From Amoeboradix gromovi X-113 (taxonomy: Eukaryota > Fungi > Sanchytriomycota): DNA of 6,431 bases. The DNA lies in assembly GCA_018985225.1 (NCBI GenBank), contig JADGIF010000580.1, positions 1 to 6,431 on the forward strand. The letters are read 5' to 3'. Made by a program: the position numbers and the translations under genes. The notes below the pieces were generated by a model, which ran no database searches, was not told the DNA's origin, and saw nothing but the letters and a program-made list of their open reading frames with translations. Below are positions 1 to 6,431 of the stretch, in pieces. The stretch's first letter is position 1. Each line of letters starts with the position of its first letter.

Positions 1-395
1 AAAGAGACATTGTCGGTATCATTTCATCATTAACCATTGAAGATTTCTTTTGTGACATCCCTGTAATAAATGAACGGAGTTTTGTACAATCAGTCACAAA
101 AACCGATGTGTGATCTGATGACACCATTGAAGCTTATTTTCAGCGAAATCATTTCGGGAAGGGATCGGCTTAGAGTTTTACAGTAGGCGTACATAGCAAA
201 TTAGATTGTGATAAAAAGTGATTAATTGTGGTTACGGTACCCATAAGAACTACAGCATTGGCTATTATAGCATTTCAAACAAGAAACAAGCGTGTACGTT
301 GGCAAAATGACGATGCTTTTGCTTATTCCTGAAGAAAATAGTTTTTAATTATGTCGAAGTTACAATGCAAGAGATATAAAAATAAATGTTACAAG

Positions 396-908
396 TTATT
401 CGTTTTTATTAAAGTTAGCAACCCAGTTCATTACATAATCTATATTTTTGTTTTGATCATCTTTTGAGTTGCTATTTAATTCTTTAACTTCTGGAAACAA
501 CTCTCTAGCTTCCTCTAAAATTACCTGCATGATCTCGGCTGTAATGTTTTCTGTAATCTTTAAAGCAGAGTACGATCTTTTAGTCATTCTGTCATGCAGA
601 ATCGAATTGTCACATCTCAGAACGATAACCAGGTCAAAATAGTCATCAGGAAATATATCTACAATGTGGGAATCAACAATACAACCACCTTTTACCATAT
701 CTTCATGTATAAAATCAATAATCTTATCATCATTCACGATGTATGTATCGTATAAGCTGTCATATCCGTCATGCAGTTTGTTTTTCACCACTAGTTCACT
801 TATTCCCAAATATTTCATTTCCAACTTCTTTTTTAATAGCTGGCAGAGAGTTGACTTCCCTACACCAGGTGTCCCACATACTAAAATATTTGGCATATTT
901 AGAGTCAT
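396..908 (-). CDS. FAP7: Adenylate kinase isoenzyme 6 / Fap7 (hCINAP family) P-loop NTPase, 40S biogenesis factor
   Basis: 170 aa ORF, ATG to TAA. PNILVCGTPGVGKST Walker A, GGCIVDSH (hhhDxH motif of AK6/Fap7), FDLVIVLRCDNSILHDRM and KITENITAEIMQVILEEA match the eukaryotic AK6 family pattern. Confidence 0.93.
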   Translation of the reverse strand: MTLNMPNILVCGTPGVGKSTLCQLLKKKLEMKYLGISELVVKNKLHDGYDSLYDTYIVNDDKIIDFIHEDMVKGGCIVDSHIVDIFPDDYFDLVIVLRCDNSILHDRMTKRSYSALKITENITAEIMQVILEEARELFPEVKELNSNSKDDQNKNIDYVMNWVANFNKNE

Positions 909-1672
909 ATCTGCTCCTTCGTTGCGTGCCCTTCAGAACAAATCAATTCGAGTCATTCACGTCAAATCAACTCTCTATCTCCATGCGTCACCCAAAGTCA
1001 GGGTAATTACTGAAATTACTTAGAATGAACCAAAAACTAAGTCATCTGGAATGTATCCTGTTGCAACTCTCTTATAAGGCAATAAATTTAGTGCTTCTCT
1101 ATGTCGTCGACTTTGATTAAGTCAATTATGACTGTTTAAAGAATTATATATCTGGAACTGACTTCTTTTCTGGAGTCTCCTAATGGAGTAAATACTTGAT
1201 AATCTACTTAACTAGTTCATGAACATGTCTTGAAAATTCTCTCATACAGCGATCAAGATTAGTTGAATAATAATTTATAGCGATTAGCACGAGCTATATC
1301 GCTTTTATATAGTTTCTCTAGACTCTCTAGCTGCAAAAACTCGATAGTCTTTCTTTTCAAATGGTTATAGGCCTTGCAATCAAGAAGATGACAACTCTGA
1401 AGAAAACGCTAATAGTTGCGGAATTTTTCCTTTAACTAACTGAAAGAAAATAAACAACAGGGTTCTGAGATGTCTGATGACCATCAAGAACTCTAGTCGC
1501 GCTTGTAGATTTTATTTTAATTCTTTTTATTGTGGGGTGACTGAACATTCTCATCTCTAATTAACTTGATTTTAAGCTGCTTGTAATAATACTAAGCATT
1601 CTGATCGTAAATAGGTCATATGAACTCCTGAAATTCAGTTTCGTAGTTGCACGTGTCGTAATAATTTATTTC

Positions 1673-2617
1673 ATGAATCTAGCTCCACAAATTTACACTG
1701 GCTCAGCAAACACAAAATCTATCTTTTCAAAGTTTAAAAAGCAGCAAGATGGTAAATGGTATGAGTACGCACCCGAAGATCTCTCAACTTCTACAGACGT
1801 GAATGATTCAATGGTTTCGTTTTCTCTCGCTACTTTGAACGTATGGTTCGATGCATATTTTAATATGGATAGGTTTGATTCATCTATCAACAACCTGAAA
1901 ACATTTAATCCAGATATTATTTGTCTTCAAGAAGTCACCAAAGCATTTTTTTCAGTGTTGTTAGCAAACCCATGGATCCAGGATAATTACATATTGTCTG
2001 ATGTTGATGGGCATTCTTTTGACACTTGGTATGGTGTGATTATTCTCGTCAAAAGAACCAGCGAGAACATAAAGTTTAAATCATTTGTAAAATTCAACTT
2101 CCCTGTTACCAAGATGGGTAGATCTTTAATATCAGCGCATTTGATGATCAACAGCTACAACGTTTATATCAATACTTCTCATTTTGAGTCCAACGAGGAA
2201 GACGAAAATGTTCGTAAAGATCAATATGAGACTTGTACTGCTCAATTTCAGTCTATGCTTGGATTAATTAACGAACATGCTATAGGCATACTTTGTGGCG
2301 ACTTCAACATATACAATGATGAGAAGGAAACGGCAACACTCGTAAATGAATTGAAGTGGACAGACGCATGGCTGAATTACAAGAACCATAAAATGGAGTA
2401 CACGTTTGGCCTGTATCAACCAGATAAAGAGTTGGAGCAGCGTAGAATAGATCGAGTCTTATACAGATATTCAGATCCAATGATGGAGTCAAACGTTGCG
2501 TTGTTGAAATACTTTGGAAATGAACCATTCAAAGATAAGGCTACTCGAACAGAGATATACCCATCTGACCATTTGGGCGTGTATTGCAAACTGGAATTTC
2601 TCACAACAAATAAATGA
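1673..2617 (+). CDS. TDP2: Exonuclease/endonuclease/phosphatase (EEP) family protein, tyrosyl-DNA phosphodiesterase 2-like
   Basis: 314 aa ORF with ordered EEP motifs: TLNVWFD, PDIICLQEV, MGRSL, TSHFES, CGDFN, WTDAW, YTF, RRIDRV, PSDHLGV. The TSHxES, DAW and RxDR combination is typical of TDP2-like proteins. Family is secure; exact orthology is less so. Confidence 0.8.
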   Translation: MNLAPQIYTGSANTKSIFSKFKKQQDGKWYEYAPEDLSTSTDVNDSMVSFSLATLNVWFDAYFNMDRFDSSINNLKTFNPDIICLQEVTKAFFSVLLANPWIQDNYILSDVDGHSFDTWYGVIILVKRTSENIKFKSFVKFNFPVTKMGRSLISAHLMINSYNVYINTSHFESNEEDENVRKDQYETCTAQFQSMLGLINEHAIGILCGDFNIYNDEKETATLVNELKWTDAWLNYKNHKMEYTFGLYQPDKELEQRRIDRVLYRYSDPMMESNVALLKYFGNEPFKDKATRTEIYPSDHLGVYCKLEFLTTNK

Positions 2618-3061
2618 GACATCTAATATAAAAACTTTACCATCTATTTAGAAAATAGGCTTCACAAGTGTAAAGAAATTATATAATAGTATTTTCTACA
2701 GAATTAGGATGCTACTGAATTATGCAATCAGCTGATTCTTTGCAAAAATAATGAGTATGCTTGGTTGTTGTTGCTGAGAGTTGTAAAAAAGATGGGCAGC
2801 GCTCCTATAAGTACCTGAGTTGAAACACGTATACAGCTTCCATGAATAGGAAGAGGACATTAGACAATTATATTTGCCATTAACTTCCAAAAAAAGAAAT
2901 AGTCACTTGAAACTCTTGTCGGAGTTTTCTAACTGAAATCTTGATTTTTACAACATGAAAAAACCAGCCATTTCGTTACAGTGACTTCTCACACTGTCAC
3001 CAGCCTGATGTGTTTTGAAAAATGGTCTAGTTTCAGTATGATGTGGAAATATCAAGCAACT

Positions 3062-3181
3062 TTTACACTGTTGAAGAATTAAAATGTCAAAGAATTAACT
3101 TTTCAAACATCTCAAATCTTCAACAGTTGAGGCTTTGCATCCTCTGTAAATCTTGGGTTTGTGATACCGACGTAGCATCAC
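3062..3181 (-). ncRNA. Putative Fanzor omegaRNA scaffold
   Basis: Directly 3' of the Fanzor stop. Hairpin 3181-3161 (GUGAUGCU/GGUAUCAC), closing helix UUUAC (3150-3146)/GUAAA (3066-3062), small GCAA-loop hairpin 3144-3129, and a long stem 3127-3106/3088-3067 (21 pairs, one U-U). Most non-Watson-Crick positions are G-U on the minus strand. Fanzor/TnpB omegaRNAs are known to be encoded at the element's 3' end. Confidence 0.7.
3067..3127. repeat. Inverted repeat / long hairpin at the element 3' terminus
   Basis: ACTGTTGAAGA (3067-3077) is the exact reverse complement of TCTTCAACAGT (3117-3127); the stem extends inward by 10 more pairs on the minus strand. Confidence 0.9.
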
Positions 3182-3202
3182 TGAATTAGCTTAAAGCTAG
3201 GA

Positions 3203-4021
3203 CTACTGAGCTCTTTGGAGAGACACAGGTCTAGCCAATCCACTGATGGCTCTCTTCGCTATCTTCCAAATGTTACTAGCAGCGTTCACATCTCTGTTCC
3301 ACAGCCTTGAACAAGTACTACACTTGACAAGACCATGGCGCAGGATGCGTCCATCTCTGTAAGGCCTAGGGTTATCACACTCTCTGAATGTTGAGCAGAC
3401 TCCATGCTTACTACAGGCACTGCATCTACAGCTAGTACGAAACTCATCTACTAAGTACACTTTGTACCCTGCTTTACTAAAAAGAGTACGAAACCCTTTC
3501 CCTTTTACAGGCTCTTTGAACTTTCTGTGCTGCTTCTGCTCCCAGTCTCCAATGCAAATCACAGCTTCTTGTGGGGAACCAAACAAATTCTCAAACCTCT
3601 TGAGCATGCGAGCTTCAGTCATCTGTCTTCTGCTGCAGCTACCAAGCTTCAGTTTTCTGAATAAGTACTTGTTGTAGAATGGAGCCAACCGTATGTTCAG
3701 AGCGTTCTTGTGCTTGAGATACACCTTGAATGCCTTGAAGTTGAGTGTCTTCTTGTTGTATGCGCTCATATCTGCTTCCCACTCTACTACACGTCTGCCG
3801 TCAATCACTGTATCCCTCTTCTGTTCCTGCAACAGGTTGCGATACTTTTTGAACTTGGTCTCTTTGCGCCTGGTGTCTTGTGTATAGCGGAACTTAGTTT
3901 GTTCACACTGGTCACTGTCCACACAGAAGATGACGTCACTCATGTTAGGATCAATTCCCACCACCTTCTTGTTGACCAATTTTCTGCGCTCTGCATTACT
4001 AAGTTCATCTATGTACTGCTC
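3203..4021 (-). CDS. Fanzor1 C-terminal fragment (RuvC nuclease lobe and zinc finger), no ATG of its own at the 5' end
   Basis: Frame is open from EQYIDEL (4021) to TAG (3205-3203). The tracked start at 3979 is a TTG (Leu) codon. Contains all three RuvC acidic residues and CxxC...CxxC. Confidence 0.8.
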   Translation of the reverse strand, partial: EQYIDELSNAERRKLVNKKVVGIDPNMSDVIFCVDSDQCEQTKFRYTQDTRRKETKFKKYRNLLQEQKRDTVIDGRRVVEWEADMSAYNKKTLNFKAFKVYLKHKNALNIRLAPFYNKYLFRKLKLGSCSRRQMTEARMLKRFENLFGSPQEAVICIGDWEQKQHRKFKEPVKGKGFRTLFSKAGYKVYLVDEFRTSCRCSACSKHGVCSTFRECDNPRPYRDGRILRHGLVKCSTCSRLWNRDVNAASNIWKIAKRAISGLARPVSLQRAQ

Positions 4022-4500
4022 CCCCCACCCTTCTTAGCCTTAGGTGTTTTGACAATCTTGCCCACCTTGTCCTTGCGAATCAGTAGAATGCTGCAACTCA
4101 CACCATCTGTCTCAATCTGGTGATGGAAAGTGTAGCTGTGGTTGTCTTGCACACAATGGAAACACTTCATGTAGGTCTTGAAGAAGAAGCCCCAGACATC
4201 ACTCTGGTTCTCTTTGAGAGCTCCCTTTGCCGTGTAATGAGACCTCTTTCCGTTCTCATTCGTAAAAAGAAGGTACACCAGAGACACAGTGTCTAGCCTG
4301 AAGTGCTTGGGGATGATTTCACTTCGCAGTGGAAATACATTGTAGATGGTGCATCCGCGCTCTTCTACTGCTTTCATCATATAAAGCATCAAGGGTAAAT
4401 AGTCTTGTGGTGTGCATTGAATATCGTAATAGACGCTCTCTTCTCTCAGTGCTCGTTGCGGCATGATTTTCACACGTTCACTATTGATCGAGGCATGGTA
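4009..4500 (-). CDS. Fanzor1 middle fragment (REC/WED region)
   Basis: SVYYDIQCTPQDYL, VFPLRSEIIPKHFRLDT, VWGFFF and TFHHQIETDGVSCSILL are Fanzor1-type segments that precede RuvC-I. The frame ends at TAG 4011-4009 just after the G6 run. Confidence 0.75.
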   Translation of the reverse strand, partial: YHASINSERVKIMPQRALREESVYYDIQCTPQDYLPLMLYMMKAVEERGCTIYNVFPLRSEIIPKHFRLDTVSLVYLLFTNENGKRSHYTAKGALKENQSDVWGFFFKTYMKCFHCVQDNHSYTFHHQIETDGVSCSILLIRKDKVGKIVKTPKAKKGGGSST

Positions 4501-4960
4501 CTGAGAATAAGGTATACACTGGGGATTTCTTTAGATTCTAAATAATCGAGATTGCGAGTTGACATTCAATTGATCGATTGAAAGACTATAAAGTTTTATA
4601 ATTAAAAAAGTGTATAAAATAGAGCGTGTTTGTGCGATATGGCTCATTTAATCGCGATAATGATTTATTCAACTAAGTTCGATGGCTGTTTGGTAACTCT
4701 GGGAAGCCATTACGCTCACCTGGTTTGAACGGACTGAGAAGTAATATGAGCTAGATTTACATGTCATCAAATTTCTGCTTATAAATAGCCAAGAGGGGTA
4801 TCTCTGTAAAAGTGATTTTAAATTAGTGTCCTGATAAAAACGAAGTGAAATAAATTAAATTTGCAAAAGTATTTCCAATCATGTTAGTTTGCACACTAAA
4901 TTGAACCCATCATGATTGGCAGTCTATGCATTAAAATCAAACCTGCTGGAAACCAGATTG

Positions 4961-5668
4961 ATGCTTTTATTTGATATTGTTTATTCTGCGTCTTGTTCAC
5001 CTAATAATGAAATATGTTTAACCTCCACAATTAATGGAACCGACATAAAAGTTGCAATCGCTTATAAGCCATTTTCAGGATATTTAGCGTTCGGTTATGG
5101 AGGGGAGAAGATGACTAATCAGAACATGGTTTTTTTAATGCAAGGACAAAAAGGACTGAGCGCTGATTCCTATCAATCCACTACTTTCGCGTTACCAAAA
5201 AAGGTTACGAATACATGGAAAATAGTAAGTTCCAGCGACTCTGAGATTGTTATTACGGGAACTGATTCAAAGTACCCAACCGATAGTGGCACGGTTGTGT
5301 ATGCTAGTAGTTCCGTAGTAGGCGGTGTACCACAACAGCATACGAATAATGTAGGTTCGTTTTCTATTACTGTGACCAAATACTCGCCACCAAAGGCTGC
5401 GCCGAAGCCTGTCAATAGTGATAAAAATCCATCCTTATCAGAATCAACTAAAAATTCATCTGGTTTAGCAGAGGGTTCAAAAAATAAGACCACATCAAAT
5501 AATAATTCAACTTTGAGCAAATCTAAGAAACCGCTTATACCTACTGTAAAAACCATAAATAAAACCAAATTGGAAGTTCCTACTGTTGCGTATAATTTTA
5601 GTGGAGCTGTTACACATCAATTGAATTTTGCTGAATTGCTAGTACTTATGACGATACTGTCGCAATGA
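4961..5668 (+). CDS. Secreted DOMON-like (cytochrome-type) domain protein with Ser/Thr/Lys/Pro-rich stalk and probable GPI-anchor signal
   Basis: First in-frame ATG is at 4961 (the tracked 4916 start is TTG), giving 235 aa. Short hydrophobic N-terminus MLLFDIVYS, Cys pair, GYLAFGYGGEKMTNQNMVFL and VPQQHTNNVGSFSITV (DOMON-like Met/His positions), low-complexity stalk, and C-terminal NFSGA...LNFAELLVLMTILSQ. Confidence 0.65.
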   Translation: MLLFDIVYSASCSPNNEICLTSTINGTDIKVAIAYKPFSGYLAFGYGGEKMTNQNMVFLMQGQKGLSADSYQSTTFALPKKVTNTWKIVSSSDSEIVITGTDSKYPTDSGTVVYASSSVVGGVPQQHTNNVGSFSITVTKYSPPKAAPKPVNSDKNPSLSESTKNSSGLAEGSKNKTTSNNNSTLSKSKKPLIPTVKTINKTKLEVPTVAYNFSGAVTHQLNFAELLVLMTILSQ

Positions 5669-5694
5669 TTTAAATAAAGTTATTCATGTATTAT

Positions 5695-6108
5695 TTATTC
5701 AATCTTCTTTAAATACTCTAAGTGAAGTACATTATCAGTCTTGGATTTAAGTTTACTTATGATTTCTGACCTGAATTTCATAGCAACTTCGCTTTGTTGT
5801 AACTTCTTTTTTGGCGTTGTTAATAAAAAAGCGTCAATCCCACCACATTGATCTATTGTTCTCAGAGCCCAAGAGCTAGTCTTAACCCCTTCCCTTTTCA
5901 TTCTCTCGCTCTTAGCGCTTTGTTTTCGACGTTCTGTGTTCTCTAATAGTTTATTACCTAGCTCCATGTCCAAAGTTTGACTAAATAGCTTTTGAGTGTG
6001 AACATTAGGATTCCATTTACGCTTAAATGTGTTGCCCATTTTTGACCTAAACGTGCCGAATTGTAGATTTCTAAATATTAATGATTTGGCTTGCTTACTC
6101 CATGTCAT
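5695..6108 (-). CDS. MRPL24: Mitochondrial large-subunit ribosomal protein bL28m (fungal Mrpl24-like)
   Basis: LQFG...S..GNTFKRKWNPNVHTQKLFSQTLD and VKTSSWALRTIDQCGGIDAFLL match the L28 family. First ATG is at 6108 (the tracked 6126 start is GTG); an upstream exon cannot be excluded. Confidence 0.82.
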   Translation of the reverse strand: MTWSKQAKSLIFRNLQFGTFRSKMGNTFKRKWNPNVHTQKLFSQTLDMELGNKLLENTERRKQSAKSERMKREGVKTSSWALRTIDQCGGIDAFLLTTPKKKLQQSEVAMKFRSEIISKLKSKTDNVLHLEYLKKIE

Positions 6109-6431
6109 GTTGAAATTATGATACACAGGGTAATATTTTTACGCAAATTTTAATTTAAAAATATTATTTTACTCTGTAAAGCATGACTTGTAGTTAACTT
6201 TCAGAGGACTCTAAAATCAAATTAACAGTTTTGCTTTCGATACCATTACAATGGAACAGTGTAACCAGATTTAACACAGTTCGATTGGGACACCAAATAT
6301 AAAAACTAGACTAACTCGTTTTTAAAGGTGTTCCATACGGAGGAAATGCTATCATTAATAAAAGATCTTCTACTATACCAATTTTCTTTCATTACCTTCA
6401 ATCCCCTCTTCAAAATAAAAGTAGAAGACCC

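Larger units (their letters stand above)
3203..4500 (-). pseudogene. Fanzor1 RNA-guided endonuclease (TnpB-derived; WED + RuvC + Zn finger), 5'-truncated and frameshifted
   Basis: ORFs 4009..4473 and 3203..3979 join through a frame switch at the G6 run (4021-4026): ...KTPKAKKGG/EQYIDELSNAERRKLVNKKVVGIDPN. Motifs: IETDGVSCSILL, GIDPN (RuvC-I Asp 3952-3950), FRKLKL, ICIGDW, VDEFRTS (Fanzor-type relocated Glu 3445-3443), CSAC...CSTC zinc finger, WNRDVNAASNI (RuvC-III Asp 3292-3290), terminal RP.SL.R. The upstream frame is closed by TAA at 4533-4531, with no ATG before 4464. Confidence 0.9.
3064..4614 (-). mobile_element. Non-autonomous, deleted Fanzor1-carrying DNA transposon (3' end ~3064 supported; 5' end uncertain, 4515-4614)
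   Basis: Higher-GC insert between host genes, Fanzor pseudogene plus terminal RNA structure, candidate imperfect TA-bounded TIRs (3064-3084 / 4594-4614). No transposase in the window. Confidence 0.6.

Noticed and set aside
1-127. Open frames at the window edge (minus MVSSDHTSVFVTDCTKLRSF... from 127; plus frame ending TGA at 113)
   Set aside because: About 40 codons, truncated by the window, with no recognisable homology; neither can be supported.
664-1023. Plus-strand ORFs 664..1023 and 743..1006
   Set aside because: Antisense shadows of the AK6/Fap7 gene with no recognisable motifs.
1693-2622. Minus-strand ORFs 1693..1893, 2304..2528 and 2416..2622
   Set aside because: Short antisense frames overlapping the TDP2-like CDS.
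2909-3000. Short hairpins AAACTC/GAGTTT and ACAGTG/CACTGT in the flank
   Set aside because: Six-bp stems are expected by chance and lie outside the inferred element end.
1673-3203. Functional linkage between the TDP2-like gene and Fanzor
   Set aside because: The TDP2-like gene has host-like composition and lies outside the element's 3' end; adjacency is most simply the insertion site.
3203-3979. Prokaryotic IS200/IS605 TnpB or Cas12 with a CRISPR array
   Set aside because: No repeat-spacer array, no TnpA, eukaryotic neighbours, and Fanzor1-type motifs (GDW, DEFRTS).
4009-4011. Stop-codon readthrough or an alternative genetic code joining the two Fanzor ORFs
   Set aside because: The downstream motifs are in a different frame, and host genes end normally at TAA or TGA.
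3462-4123. Plus-strand ORFs 3462..3677, 3693..3887 and 3710..4123
   Set aside because: Antisense to the Fanzor frame; no transposase or other motif recognised.
5173-5568. Minus-strand 131 aa ORF
   Set aside because: Antisense shadow of the DOMON gene's low-complexity region.

Overview
AT-rich, gene-dense eukaryotic DNA with apparently intronless genes, probably an early-diverging fungus or similar microbial eukaryote (inference from gene content). Four host-type genes are present: AK6/Fap7 adenylate kinase (-), a TDP2-like EEP phosphodiesterase (+), a secreted, probably GPI-anchored DOMON protein (+) and mitochondrial ribosomal protein bL28m (-). Between the EEP and DOMON genes lies a ~1.5 kb, more GC-rich, CpG-depleted insert on the minus strand encoding a Fanzor1 (eukaryotic TnpB-derived RNA-guided RuvC nuclease). 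The Fanzor gene is 5'-truncated and split by one frameshift at a G6 run, but its RuvC D/E/D triad and zinc finger are intact. Just downstream is a strand-specific multi-hairpin structure (3062-3181) that looks like its omegaRNA scaffold, followed by a candidate guide in host flank. Degenerate TA-bounded terminal inverted repeats may delimit the element at 3064 and 4614.
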